Source: an uncultured Longilinea sp. (GTDB lineage: Bacteria > Chloroflexota > Anaerolineae > Anaerolineales > Anaerolineaceae). From it: a DNA stretch of 64,000 nucleotides. The position numbers and the translations under genes are program-made. The notes below the pieces were generated by a model, which was given only the letters and a program-made list of their open reading frames with translations, was not told the origin of the DNA and ran no database searches. Every line of letters starts with the position of its first letter. The stretch's first letter is position 1. Shown piece after piece: positions 1 to 9,898 of the stretch. Location of the stretch: the NCBI GenBank assembly GCA_964536805.1, contig CAZHYQ010000011.1, forward strand, positions 17,305-81,304. The letters are read 5' to 3'.

Positions 1-1902
1 CCAATCTTCAAAATCGCGCTGCAACCCGGAAATGCGTCTGGCATCGCTTAACCAGCCGGGCAACGGTGCAAAACTGGCCTGCGGGCGCGGATCGTCATTC
101 ACCTCGTCGGTTTTGTACGCACGCCAGGCGAATTGATCCCAATCGACATTCATGCTTTCAAATTGGGTGACCACGCAGGCAAAATGCTTGGAGGTATCCA
201 GGCGGTAACGGGTATTCACGTAGCGTGCCTCCGCCTGGGCAATCAATGCCGGGCGGTATACAACTCCCTTGACCTGGGTGCCGGTTGGTTGGCGGCCCGC
301 TTCAATGGCATCATTGGTGCTCAAATCCAGCGGCAGGATATATTCCGAGACTCCGGATGGCGCCACCGGCCGTGTGCCGGAAAGCGTTTCACCGCGCGGC
401 GAGGCAGCGACTGGCGCGGTTGGATTTTGCACGGACGGCTGGCTGGGAGCGACCACATTTGAGTTGTTGATCACAGCCGCAGGTGCCGCGGTTTTTCCAA
501 AAGGCTCAATGCCCTCCAGGTGGTTGAGATCCGGAATTTGAGACCTCATCAGTGGTCCGGCCAGATAATTCATAGCCCAGCGCGTGGTGAACAATTGGGG
601 CGCGGCCTTGTTGATGTTATTGATGAGAAAGACGCGTTTATCCAAGGCGGAAATTTGCCGGTCGATGGCGTCGATGTCGCTGGCACCGCTTGCCGAGCGC
701 AAGCCGTCTAGCAGCCGGTTCTTGTCCTGTTCGGTCTGTAAGCGGCCAATCAGCCAGGTGCCGGCATTTGAGAGGGCTTTGTAATCCACGTCCACCGGGT
801 TTTGCGTTGCCAGGACGATGCCCACGCCAAAGGCACGCGCCTGTTTGAGCATGCGCAGCATGACCGTCCGCGAGGGCGGGTTGGCGACGGGCGGCAGATA
901 GCCCATGATTTCGTCAAAATAAACCATCATGCGCAAACCACTGGTACCGCGCTGCGCGCGCATCCAGGATTCAACCGCCGCAAAAAGCAGCGTGACGAAG
1001 AACATGCGCTCGCCTTCACTTAGGTGGGCAATGTAGAAAATGTTATGGCGCGGCTTGCCGGCCGGCGTAAATTGCATGGCACCGATGTCGAGCGAAATGC
1101 CATCCCGCCAGGATTCGAAACTGGGAGAGGCCAGGAAGTTGTTCAGCAGCATGGCCAGGTCGAAGCGGGCTTTTTCAGGGAAGAAGGAATCCAACGGGAA
1201 AGCCCCCAGACGGTCAAAGGGCGGTTTCTGCACTTCCATGATCAGGCTGGTCAGGTCCAGCGAACGGCCTTCGCTCCAGGCGTTCTCAATCACGTTCGAG
1301 ACCAGGATATGCTCGCGCGAACGCAGCGGATCCAGGTCCGTCAGACCGATCAACCCCAGCAAGGCTGTCACGATGCTGCTGATTTTTTCGCGCAGCGTCT
1401 CGCGGTTATCTTCCCAGGGCACGTCAGGCGCGGAAAATGATGAAAGCACATTGACTGGCTGGCCGGAAGTGGAACCGGGGGTGAAAATGGAGAATTGGGC
1501 CGAATTCTTGAGGGCCATCATTTCATCGTACCCGATTCCGTACCCTGCCAGACCAGCTTTCCAGTTGGCGGCGGTTTCGGCAGCCAGTTGTTCGAGCGTC
1601 TTGCCATCCCGGCGGGCGGCTTCCGGATCCAACCAGGGCTGAAAATCGGATGGGTTGAATTCCGGAAAGTGCAGCAGCAGGTTGGTGAGATCTCCCTTGG
1701 GATCGATGATGATGGCAGGAATGCCTTTCAGCGCGGCTTCCTCCAGCATGCCGATGCCAAGGCCGGTCTTGCCCGAACCGGTCATGCCGGTAATGATGGC
1801 ATGAGTCGTCAGATTTGAAGGATCGTACAATAAAGGCTGGTCGGTGGCCTTATGTTGTGCGGGATCGTAGATACGCCCCAGAAAGAAATTTTTTGGATCC
1901 AC
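1..1902 (-). CDS. HerA/DUF87-like P-loop ATPase (3' end runs off the window; absent from the ORF track)
   Basis: GTG at 1902-1900 with GGAGG upstream. Manual translation gives MDPKNFFLGRIYDP...THAIITGMTGSGKTGLG (Walker A), IIIDPKGDL, and FDEIMGYLPP...LKQARAFGVGIVLATQNPVDVDYK (Walker B and ATQ motif). The frame is still open at base 1. Confidence 0.88.
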   Translation of the reverse strand, partial: MDPKNFFLGRIYDPAQHKATDQPLLYDPSNLTTHAIITGMTGSGKTGLGIGMLEEAALKGIPAIIIDPKGDLTNLLLHFPEFNPSDFQPWLDPEAARRDGKTLEQLAAETAANWKAGLAGYGIGYDEMMALKNSAQFSIFTPGSTSGQPVNVLSSFSAPDVPWEDNRETLREKISSIVTALLGLIGLTDLDPLRSREHILVSNVIENAWSEGRSLDLTSLIMEVQKPPFDRLGAFPLDSFFPEKARFDLAMLLNNFLASPSFESWRDGISLDIGAMQFTPAGKPRHNIFYIAHLSEGERMFFVTLLFAAVESWMRAQRGTSGLRMMVYFDEIMGYLPPVANPPSRTVMLRMLKQARAFGVGIVLATQNPVDVDYKALSNAGTWLIGRLQTEQDKNRLLDGLRSASGASDIDAIDRQISALDKRVFLINNINKAAPQLFTTRWAMNYLAGPLMRSQIPDLNHLEGIEPFGKTAAPAAVINNSNVVAPSQPSVQNPTAPVAASPRGETLSGTRPVAPSGVSEYILPLDLSTNDAIEAGRQPTGTQVKGVVYRPALIAQAEARYVNTRYRLDTSKHFACVVTQFESMNVDWDQFAWRAYKTDEVNDDPRPQASFAPLPGWLSDARRISGLQRDFEDW

Positions 1903-1966
1903 AAATACCTCCCGATTTGACCTGTTTAGTCTTAACTATACCCGAAAATTAGCCTCATCGCGAACC

Positions 1967-3961
1967 TTATTGCAGGGAATAGAGCGCATAAACATTGCTA
2001 AAAGTCTGCGGCGGTGCAAGTTTTGCCAGAAAAGAGTCCAGCGCGGTCAGATCGCTGAGCGGATGATGAGGATCTCCAGCAGTGCGCATAAAATCAACGC
2101 CGGCGGTGTAAACCAACACTTGCGTATAGCCTTCCTGCTTCCAGGAATTCAATATCGATTGCGAATCAGCCATCGTATTCAGGTCGCGCTTCCAGCGGTC
2201 AAGGATTTCATCCGATGCGCAGGTCGGAGCACAATACAGGCTGCGCGGTTCATAAAGCATGAGAACACGGCTGCCTTGCGGAAGCTCGCGCACCGCCTGC
2301 ATGGCGCGCTGGTACCAGCCCAGGTTATCAGCCAGGTAATCTTCACCAGCCTTCAGCCCTGCGGCTGCTTGAGGCGCGCCGCTCTTCCAGGTGAAGGCGC
2401 CTACTTCGAGCAGATTAAAAACCAGCACCAGCAGGATGAGGGTATTAAAGAACCGGTTCAAGCGCACCTGCGGCAGCGTCACCCGGCTCAGACCCCAGTA
2501 CCCAAAAGCTGCCAGCCCGGTGAAAGCTGGAAAAAGGGTGAAGTAATAACGCGTCTGGATCAAGTTGCCAGAAATGCGATTGGCACCTGCCCAAACCACC
2601 AAACCAGTTAGAGCAAGTACGGCTGCATTTTCAAGTGCAGCCTGTTGGTCAGGTCCGCGCCGTTCCCGCTCTAACCAGGCAAAAAGGCCAAAGCCAAGAA
2701 GGAGCGGGCCTAGAGCCACCATATAGCCGTCGCTTGCGTCCATGCCCAGGTAGGTGGCTCGCAGCGGCAGGAAAAAGAAATCCAACCAGTTGCCATAGGG
2801 GGGTACATTCTGATATACCGCCAGCCGTAACGGCGTCATGGCTCCGGCAGCAAAAAAGAACGGGTAGAAAGGGTTGCCAGTGGTCAAGAGATTCTTAATA
2901 AACCACGGGGCGGCCACGGCTAGAGCAGCACCGCCAAATTTAAGCACGTCCAGGATGCCGGCCCGCCAGGGGACTTTGCGTTTCCAGATATGCCATATCA
3001 ATGCGGCAAGCCCGGCGACCCCCAGCACGCCAGCAGTGTATTTTGTGCCCACAGCCAATCCGGTAAAAACGCCTGCCAATACCAGCGAGAGTAAATCCAG
3101 TTTTCGCCGCCAGCGGTCTAAAAGCACCAGTACGCCAAAGCCAAAAAGCAGCGCCAACCAATCCACATATCCCCAGGCTGTCAACATCACCAGGCTAAAA
3201 CCGGCCAACAAGGCCGCGACTGCGGCCCAGGCGGACGGCACGTTGAGCTTTTGACTGAAATAGCCAAGCAGGCCGACAAGGGCTAGAACGCCAAACCACC
3301 AACCCAACACTGTGGCGGCGGAAAGTCCGCCCAGGGCGATTGCCCAGGTGAAAAGCATTTCCGCGTTTTGCGGCATGCCGCTCATCACCTGGGTGGAAAA
3401 ATACTGCACCCGTCCGGCTTCGAGGTATGCCTGCGGCAGCGCCAGGTGCGAAACGAGGGCGTCAAACTTGAGTGGGGGTGCCAGGGCAACAGTCAATGCG
3501 TTGAGCAGCAGCAGGGCGCATAGGACCGCCACGGTTCGCCCCATACTGTCGCTTTCGCGCCATAAATCGCGCAGTGCACTTACCTGGCGTGCCCACTTGA
3601 GCAGCGATCGCCGCAAGGCGATTCCCACAGCGATGGGAAGAAGGCCTAAAAGCCAGACATTCAACCCGATGGTGGCGCCGACGATCAAAATAAACAAAGC
3701 ATAAACACCCAGGCCAAGCGCCGATTGAAGGCTCAAGCGCACCAGGCGCGGCAAATCATCGAACGGGGCAATCCGCTGGCCGATCGCTCCGGCTGTCGTT
3801 ATCAAAATGGCTCCCAGCAGGATTCGCCAGAAGGCAAGCGCCAGGCTGGCCGCCAGTTCAGGGCTGAAGGGTTTGTGGCTGACGTAGTACAGCATTAAAA
3901 CCAAAAACGGCCAGAGAATGGCACTCAGGCCGATCAACAGGTTGCGTGTGCGTGGCTTCAT
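1967..3961 (-). CDS. Polytopic GT-C fold glycosyltransferase (ArnT/PMT family 39-like)
   Basis: 664 aa with many TM helices. Motifs PPLKFDALVSHL..P..YL, AVGTKYT, APWFIKNLLTTGNPFYP and QTRYYF, then a soluble C-terminal domain. Confidence 0.7.
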   Translation of the reverse strand: MKPRTRNLLIGLSAILWPFLVLMLYYVSHKPFSPELAASLALAFWRILLGAILITTAGAIGQRIAPFDDLPRLVRLSLQSALGLGVYALFILIVGATIGLNVWLLGLLPIAVGIALRRSLLKWARQVSALRDLWRESDSMGRTVAVLCALLLLNALTVALAPPLKFDALVSHLALPQAYLEAGRVQYFSTQVMSGMPQNAEMLFTWAIALGGLSAATVLGWWFGVLALVGLLGYFSQKLNVPSAWAAVAALLAGFSLVMLTAWGYVDWLALLFGFGVLVLLDRWRRKLDLLSLVLAGVFTGLAVGTKYTAGVLGVAGLAALIWHIWKRKVPWRAGILDVLKFGGAALAVAAPWFIKNLLTTGNPFYPFFFAAGAMTPLRLAVYQNVPPYGNWLDFFFLPLRATYLGMDASDGYMVALGPLLLGFGLFAWLERERRGPDQQAALENAAVLALTGLVVWAGANRISGNLIQTRYYFTLFPAFTGLAAFGYWGLSRVTLPQVRLNRFFNTLILLVLVFNLLEVGAFTWKSGAPQAAAGLKAGEDYLADNLGWYQRAMQAVRELPQGSRVLMLYEPRSLYCAPTCASDEILDRWKRDLNTMADSQSILNSWKQEGYTQVLVYTAGVDFMRTAGDPHHPLSDLTALDSFLAKLAPPQTFSNVYALYSLQ

Positions 3962-4026
3962 CGATGTGCCCCTCCAATGGAATTATACATTCGATGAGCT
4001 AACCACGCCGATGCATTCGATTTACA

Positions 4027-4551
4027 CTATTGATAAATGGTTTTGAACAGGCGAGTGAAGTCCACCACTACGCTCTCGATTGCGTTGCTGACAGCCGGCG
4101 TGACCGCGTGATCAAATTCGATATCTTCGGGTTGGATCAAGATCAATTCCACCGGGCAGTTGAACTCGTGTTGGATGAATTTTACCAAGACAGATGGCGG
4201 CAGGGTATGGGTGGTGGCGCTCAGCCCGTCGGTTTGCTGCCAGTCAACCAGTTCAATAGTTCCCGGTGCCTCATCCAGAAGGGCGGCGTCAACCAATAAA
4301 ACGCAGTCCGGCTCAAATCGCCGCAAAGGCGCGGTGAATGCCTCGGGAGCCAGGCTGGCTTCAATTAATAAAAGTTGCGGCCGGGAGGCCAGCCGGGCGC
4401 GCAAAGCGCGCACCGCCAGCACCCCGGCCCCATCATCTCCATTTAGCTCGTTGCCAATACCCAGCAGTGCCAGGCGCGGCTTACGATTGAGCGCCGCACT
4501 CAACGTCGCCAGTTTCTGCGCGAGCAGCTCGCTCCAGCAGGAATTGGACAT
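4027..4551 (-). CDS. hycI: Hydrogenase maturation endopeptidase (HycI-type)
   Basis: LLGIGNELNGDDGAG, LLVDAA and TTHTLP motifs. Last gene of the hydrogenase operon. Start chosen at ATG 4551 (MSNSCW). Confidence 0.88.
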   Translation of the reverse strand: MSNSCWSELLAQKLATLSAALNRKPRLALLGIGNELNGDDGAGVLAVRALRARLASRPQLLLIEASLAPEAFTAPLRRFEPDCVLLVDAALLDEAPGTIELVDWQQTDGLSATTHTLPPSVLVKFIQHEFNCPVELILIQPEDIEFDHAVTPAVSNAIESVVVDFTRLFKTIYQ

Positions 4552-4915
4552 CTTCATCCTTACCATAATAAACTTCGAAAGGTTCGCGGGATAATTGTGC
4601 CAGTTCCCAGCCTTCATTTTGCATTTGAATGCATTGGAAGCGGCAATTTACCACGCATTGCGCGCAGAAGGTGCAGCGGTCTTCGTGGTAGCGCATCACG
4701 AATTTCTTGGCTACCTTGTCCAAGACAATCAGTTCGATTGCATCCGCTGGGCAATCTTTGATGCACAACTGGCAGCCCGAGCATTTCGCCGGATCCCAAA
4801 CCAGTCGTCCGCGCAGGTTCTCTGGCGCAGGTTTACGTTGAAACGGGTAAAGTTCCGTTACCGGGCGTTTAAAGAGCGATCGGAAAATATCGCCGAACAT
4901 TGCACCAATAGCCAT
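4481..4915 (-). CDS. 2x[4Fe-4S] ferredoxin-like hydrogenase subunit (NuoI/HycF/MbhN-like)
   Basis: CSGCQLCIKDCP and CTFCAQCVVNC motifs, and the N-terminal FKRPVTELYPF...RGRL typical of NuoI/HycF. Confidence 0.93.
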   Translation of the reverse strand: MAIGAMFGDIFRSLFKRPVTELYPFQRKPAPENLRGRLVWDPAKCSGCQLCIKDCPADAIELIVLDKVAKKFVMRYHEDRCTFCAQCVVNCRFQCIQMQNEGWELAQLSREPFEVYYGKDEDVQFLLERAARAETGDVECGAQS

Positions 4916-4927
4916 GCCAATACCTCC

Positions 4928-5863
4928 TTAGAAGAGCGGGCCGATCTGGCGGCCAATAATGATGGCCAGCAGTTGAAGCAGGCCAACCAGCGCTCCGACG
5001 CGCCACCACATGCCCACCGTTTGATCAATGCGCAGACGGGCAAACAGCGATTGCAGTCCGGCTGTCACCAATAATAACAGACCGGTTTTCCACAGAAAAT
5101 CGAGCGGATTGGCCAGGCCGCCCATGTAGAATGTGGCGATCAGGGTCAGGCCGATGACCAGTTCTACGTCCTTGCCGATGCGGAAAAGCGCCAGGCCGCG
5201 GCCTGAATATTCGGTCAGTGCACCGGAAACAATTTCGGTTTCGGCTTCAGGCGCATCGAAGGGAGAAAGTTCCAGCTTGCCCATCAGCCCAACCAGCGCC
5301 ACCAGGAAACCGATTGGCTGCGCCGCGATCATCCAGACATTTCCACGGGCATAGGCATTGATTTCGCTGATATTCCAGCTCCCGGCCGCAATGGCCGGCC
5401 CAAGCAGCGCCAAAAGGAAAGGTGCTTCATAGGAGAATATCTGGGTGAGCGTGCGGGTTGCGCCAATGATGGAGAAGCGGGAGATGTTATTCGCGCCAGC
5501 CAGTCCGATGCAGATGGTCAGCGCGCTGAGCAGGTAAAAGACGACGATCAAGTCGCCGCGGAAATTATAGGAGGCGGTAAAGCCTGCCAGCGGCACATAT
5601 AAGGCGGCCGTCAAAGCGGAGGTTAACGCGATGATGGGCAGGGCATGAAACAAGCCGGTATGCGCCCCGGTTGGAACGATTTCTTCCTTGGAGAGCAGCT
5701 TGAAGATATCGGCCAGCGGTTGAAACCAGCGCGGTCCAATGCGGTTCTGGAAACGAGCCACCAGTTTGCGGTCAGCCCATTCATAAACCAGCCCGCTCCC
5801 CAGCAGGAAAAGGCCACCAGGGAAGAACAGGAGCAGCAGGATGGAAGGTAATGGTAGGTTCAT
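4928..5863 (-). CDS. Complex I subunit-1 family membrane anchor (NuoH/HycD/MbhM-like)
   Basis: RKLVARFQNRIGP..FQPLADIFKLLSKE and PFDAPEAETEIVSGALTEYSG motifs. Confidence 0.95.
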   Translation of the reverse strand: MNLPLPSILLLLFFPGGLFLLGSGLVYEWADRKLVARFQNRIGPRWFQPLADIFKLLSKEEIVPTGAHTGLFHALPIIALTSALTAALYVPLAGFTASYNFRGDLIVVFYLLSALTICIGLAGANNISRFSIIGATRTLTQIFSYEAPFLLALLGPAIAAGSWNISEINAYARGNVWMIAAQPIGFLVALVGLMGKLELSPFDAPEAETEIVSGALTEYSGRGLALFRIGKDVELVIGLTLIATFYMGGLANPLDFLWKTGLLLLVTAGLQSLFARLRIDQTVGMWWRVGALVGLLQLLAIIIGRQIGPLF

Positions 5864-7050
5864 CGGTAGTACTCGATTCCGTGTTGGCGAAGATCTTCCC
5901 AGGTCCAGACCTGGGTGTCGTTCGTGCGGTGGATCTTGATCAGGCGGTCATTGCAGGAGAAGCACGGATCAATACCGGCCAGGATCATGGGGATATCCGC
6001 CAGCTTGTGGCCGACCGCAAAGTTGATGACCGTTGCCCAATTGCATAGGCTGGGTGTGCGGACTTTGACCCGTTCTGGTTTCTCGCTGCCGTTGCTTTTC
6101 AAGAAGTAGAATAATTCGCCGCGCGGTGCTTCAACCCGGCTGACGGTTTCACCTGCCGGGATCTTGCGCGGGACGCGCGTGGTTAATTCGCCCTCCGGCA
6201 TGTGGTCGAGCATCTCGCGGATCAGGCGGTAGCAATCGAATAATTCTTTTAACCGAACCACAAAGCGCGCCAGCAAGTCGCCGTTTTCATCGGTGATGAC
6301 ATTGATCGGGAAGGTCTTGTAGGCTGCGTAGGGCGCTGAGTCGCGGATATCGATGGTGACGCCTGACGCCCGTGCCGTCGGCCCGACAGCACCAAGTTCG
6401 ATGGCCTGTTCTTTGGTCATTGTGCCGATATCGCGTGTGCGGCCGAGGAAGGTTTCATCGGTGGTGACAACTTTCATGTAGTGGTGGGTGCGCTGTTCAA
6501 GGAAATCAATTCCCTTGAGGATCATGTCGCGTTGTTTGTCGTCGATGTCAAACTTCACGCCGCCCAGAACATTGGCCGAGTAATGAACGCGGTTGCCGCT
6601 GATGGTTTCGAGAATATCCATGACCGTTTCGCGATCGCGCCACGAGTACATGAACAAGGTGTCAAAACCGCCTTCGTGCGCAGCCACGCCCAACCAGAGC
6701 ATATGACTATGGATCCGTTCAAGTTCGGCTACCAGGGTTCGGATGACCTGTGCCCGCGGGGGAGCTTCCACCTTGGCGAGCTGCTCCACACCTGCGACAT
6801 AAGCGGTGTTATGGACGTGCGAGCAAATTCCGCAAATGCGTTCCAACAGGTAGATATTTTGCGTCCAATTGCGGTCCTCTGTGCCCTTTTCGATACCGCG
6901 ATGAACGTACCCCAACCGGACAGAGGCTCCGGTGACAATTTCACCATCCACGGCGAATTCAAAATGCCCAGGTTCCTTCAGGGCGGGGTGCTGGGGACCG
7001 ATTGGAACGATAAACTTCTGGTTTGTTTCCTGTCCGATCATCGGGTTCAC
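5860..7050 (-). CDS. Group 4 [NiFe]-hydrogenase large subunit (MbhL/HycE-like)
   Basis: L1 motif ERICGICSHVH and L2 motif DPCFSCNDR (all four Ni-Fe Cys present), followed by a C-terminal extension for proteolytic maturation. Confidence 0.95.
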   Translation of the reverse strand: MNPMIGQETNQKFIVPIGPQHPALKEPGHFEFAVDGEIVTGASVRLGYVHRGIEKGTEDRNWTQNIYLLERICGICSHVHNTAYVAGVEQLAKVEAPPRAQVIRTLVAELERIHSHMLWLGVAAHEGGFDTLFMYSWRDRETVMDILETISGNRVHYSANVLGGVKFDIDDKQRDMILKGIDFLEQRTHHYMKVVTTDETFLGRTRDIGTMTKEQAIELGAVGPTARASGVTIDIRDSAPYAAYKTFPINVITDENGDLLARFVVRLKELFDCYRLIREMLDHMPEGELTTRVPRKIPAGETVSRVEAPRGELFYFLKSNGSEKPERVKVRTPSLCNWATVINFAVGHKLADIPMILAGIDPCFSCNDRLIKIHRTNDTQVWTWEDLRQHGIEYYR

Positions 7051-7547
7051 TCCTTTCCTTCGGCTGCCGGCGCGGCAAAGCCAGTGAAAGCTTTACGAAG
7101 CGGGTAAATCCCTTCAGGCCATTCATCGGGCAGCACCAAACGGCTGGTGTCGGGGGTGTTTTCAACGGTCACGCCGAAGAGTTCAATCAACTCCCGTTCG
7201 TAGAGGGTCGCATAGGGAAAAAGGTCGCAGATTGTCGGCAAGACAGCGTCGTCGTAAGGCAGGCTGACCCGCAGGGTCAGCACCGCGTAACCGGTGGCGA
7301 AATGGTAAAGCGCTTCCAGATTGCCTTCCCCGGCCGGTTGTCCTTCTTGCGGGGCAGGTGCAGCGGCATCCAGGCCGGAAATGGTCACCAGGTAGCCCCA
7401 GGAGGCTGTTTTGAGCGCCTGTACGGCCTCATGCAGGTCCTTCCTGGCAATTACGATATCGCTGCGGTTCGCTTCCGGGCGAAGGGTGCTAACCGCCCAG
7501 GGCTGCAGCAGGGATTCGCCATTTTGTAAGTTCATTTCGGTATCCAT
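7047..7547 (-). CDS. NuoC/MbhK-like 30-kDa-family subunit
   Basis: YLVTISGLD...LYHF, ATLYERELIELFGV and LVLPDEWPEGIYPLRK motifs. Confidence 0.92.
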   Translation of the reverse strand: MDTEMNLQNGESLLQPWAVSTLRPEANRSDIVIARKDLHEAVQALKTASWGYLVTISGLDAAAPAPQEGQPAGEGNLEALYHFATGYAVLTLRVSLPYDDAVLPTICDLFPYATLYERELIELFGVTVENTPDTSRLVLPDEWPEGIYPLRKAFTGFAAPAAEGKE

Positions 7548-7558
7548 CAGTCAGCCTC

Positions 7559-8029
7559 CTATTTGGGTTTCAAGCTCTGAAGCAAGGCCACAACACCCTG
7601 AATGATGGCTTCAGGCCGCGGCGGGCAGCCCGGGATGTAGGCGCTGACCGGAAGAATCTCATCAATCCCGCCGAGGATATTGTAGCAATCATGGAAGGCG
7701 CCGCCCGAGAGGGCGCAGGATCCGATGGCCACGACAAATTTTGGATCTGGCATCTGTTCATAAATACGAAGCAGCCTGTCGCGTGATTGGCGGGTCACCG
7801 GGCCGGTGGCAAGCAGTACATCGGCATGGCGGGGACTTCCTTCCAACTTGACACCAAAACGCTCCAGATCATAGCGCGGAGTCAGTGTTGCCAGGATTTC
7901 AATGTCGCAGCCATTGCAGGAGCCGCTGTTATAGTGGATAACCCAGGGCGAATTGATGCGTGCCCAGGCGCGCAGACCATCCATGACTTTTTGCATGGGA
8001 CTTACGGGGTTCTGTACTTGAATATCCAT
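7559..8029 (-). CDS. Hydrogenase small subunit (NuoB/HycG/MbhJ-like)
   Basis: GSCNGCDIE, SPRHADVLLATG, VAIGSCALSGG and IPGCPPRPE motifs. Start taken at ATG 8029. Confidence 0.94.
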   Translation of the reverse strand: MDIQVQNPVSPMQKVMDGLRAWARINSPWVIHYNSGSCNGCDIEILATLTPRYDLERFGVKLEGSPRHADVLLATGPVTRQSRDRLLRIYEQMPDPKFVVAIGSCALSGGAFHDCYNILGGIDEILPVSAYIPGCPPRPEAIIQGVVALLQSLKPK

Positions 8030-8051
8030 AATAGAATCCTGTCCTTTCCAC

Positions 8052-8363
8052 TCAACCCAGCAGCAGGGCAATCAGGGCCAGCATCAACCCCACCAGGAAG
8101 GGTACGATGGCGGTGGTAAAACTTCCAAGGCCCAAGACCAGCATGCCAAGGTGGAGAATGGCAAAGAAAAGGGCAATCACGAAGAAGGGTGTGTAGCCAG
8201 GGGCGGCGCTTTTGGTGGGGGATTCTTCACCCGAGCCGTAAGCGGAGCTCTTGACAGCATCTTCCTTCGTCGGACCAGCCAGTTGTCTGCCAATCCAATA
8301 AATTATCAGTACGAGCGGGATGTAAATTACAAATGCAAGAGGCGGGGTTAACAGAATATTCAT
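8052..8363 (-). CDS. NuoA/MbhI-like small membrane subunit
   Basis: 103 aa with three hydrophobic segments. The loop KSSAYGSGE resembles the NuoA K..PYECG loop, and FFVIALFFAILH matches NuoA TM2 style. Confidence 0.75.
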   Translation of the reverse strand: MNILLTPPLAFVIYIPLVLIIYWIGRQLAGPTKEDAVKSSAYGSGEESPTKSAAPGYTPFFVIALFFAILHLGMLVLGLGSFTTAIVPFLVGLMLALIALLLG

Positions 8364-8378
8364 CGTTTTCCTCCTCGA

Positions 8379-9896
8379 TTAGCCGCCCATCAGCAGGAAC
8401 AGGCTGAGCGCCGCCCGGCTGGTAAGATCGGTGAGCAGTGAAGGCCAGACGCCTAGAACCACAATTGCCAAAGCCAGCAGCACCATCGGTGCAGCCATCA
8501 ATGGGGAAATTGGTTTGCCTTCCAGTACTTTCTGCGAAGGTTGACCGCGGTAAAGCCGGTTGACAATGGGAGCATAGTAGCCCAGGGAGAGCACGCTGTT
8601 GAGAGCGGCAAAAATCACCAGGATAAGCGCCACCGTGCTGCCCGTTTCGACGCCTGCGACGAAAATCTGCCATTTGGACATGAAACCAGCCAGCGGCGGC
8701 AATCCGCCCAGCGCCAGAACCGCCAGGCTGAAGGTAAAGGCTGTCACCGGATAGCGCTTCGATGCGCCGTTCAGATCGTCCAGGGTCAGAGGACCGTGGT
8801 GTCCGTTGGCAATATAGAGCGCGTAGAGCAAGGCGCCGGCTGAAAGGAAGGCCAGACCCTTCATGAGGGCGTGGTTGAAGAGGTGGAAGAAACCGCCGAT
8901 GGCGCCGTTGGCCGAACCGAAGACGAACGCCATCCCAAAACCAATCAACATGTAACCAACGTGGCTGAGGCTGGAGTATGCCAGCAGCCGTTTGACCTGG
9001 GTCTGGCGCAGAGCCATCAAGTTGCCGACCACCAGGTTGAGCACCCCAAATACCAGCAGCAGGATGCCCCAGGCATGGCTGGCGGCATAGAGAAAGCCCA
9101 GGGAGCGCAGCATGGCGACCAGGCCGGCTTCGATGACAATGCCGGAGAGCATGGCGCTGATGCCGCTGGGAGCCTGCGAATGCGCATCCGGAAGCCATGT
9201 ATGCAGCGGAACCAGGGCTGTTTTGACGCCAAAACCGATGATGAATAAGGCGCCCGCAATCTGCAGCAGCGGATCGGCGGATTGGGCAGCCTGGCGCAGC
9301 AGATCGAGCCTCAGCGTACCGGTGGCAGCAAAGGCGAGGGCGATGCCCAACATCACCAATGTGGAGCCGGTGGCGCTTTGAACCATGTACTTGAAGCCCG
9401 CTTCCAGCGAGGCTTTCTGATCGCGGTAGAAGGCTACCAGGAAGTAGGATGTTATGGCCATGGCCTCGAACCACAGCCACAGGTTGAACAAATCGGTGGC
9501 GCAGCCCAGACCAATGATCGTGCCGACCATGGCGGTCAACAGCGCGTAAAACTTTTCCTCGCCGATTTCTGCCTGCATGTAGGCGCTTGAAAACAGCGTT
9601 ACCAGAGCGCCCAGAACCAAAACGGTGACCGCCAGGAAAAGCCCCAACCCGTCCATCGTCAGGGTGAGATCCCCAAAGGTGAGGCTGACGCCGGTGTAAT
9701 TCGCGGTGGCGCCGATTCCGGCAAAGTAGGTGAACACGCCCGTTGCAAGCAGTGCCAGCAGCGCAACCCAGCGGGCTGGGTTGGCTGTACTGGAACTGCC
9801 GTTTTGGCGCGCCCAAAGACGCCCAATCAAATAGATGATGGGAGAAGCTACCAGGGGCAGCCCGATGACTAGAGTGAAAGCGATCGTTGCATTCAT
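8379..9896 (-). CDS. Antiporter-like proton-translocating subunit (MrpD/NuoN/MbhH family)
   Basis: DLFNLWLWFEAM, EAGFKYM, FGVKTALVPLHTWLPDAH..AP, KRLLAYSS, GGLPPLAGFMSK motifs. Confidence 0.93.
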   Translation of the reverse strand: MNATIAFTLVIGLPLVASPIIYLIGRLWARQNGSSSTANPARWVALLALLATGVFTYFAGIGATANYTGVSLTFGDLTLTMDGLGLFLAVTVLVLGALVTLFSSAYMQAEIGEEKFYALLTAMVGTIIGLGCATDLFNLWLWFEAMAITSYFLVAFYRDQKASLEAGFKYMVQSATGSTLVMLGIALAFAATGTLRLDLLRQAAQSADPLLQIAGALFIIGFGVKTALVPLHTWLPDAHSQAPSGISAMLSGIVIEAGLVAMLRSLGFLYAASHAWGILLLVFGVLNLVVGNLMALRQTQVKRLLAYSSLSHVGYMLIGFGMAFVFGSANGAIGGFFHLFNHALMKGLAFLSAGALLYALYIANGHHGPLTLDDLNGASKRYPVTAFTFSLAVLALGGLPPLAGFMSKWQIFVAGVETGSTVALILVIFAALNSVLSLGYYAPIVNRLYRGQPSQKVLEGKPISPLMAAPMVLLALAIVVLGVWPSLLTDLTSRAALSLFLLMGG

Positions 9897-9898
9897 GG

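Noticed and set aside
5860-7050. [NiFeSe] hydrogenase, suggested by the presence of selC
   Set aside because: The L2 motif is DPCFSC, encoded with Cys codons and no in-frame TGA. No other ORF in the window looked truncated at a catalytic-Cys position.
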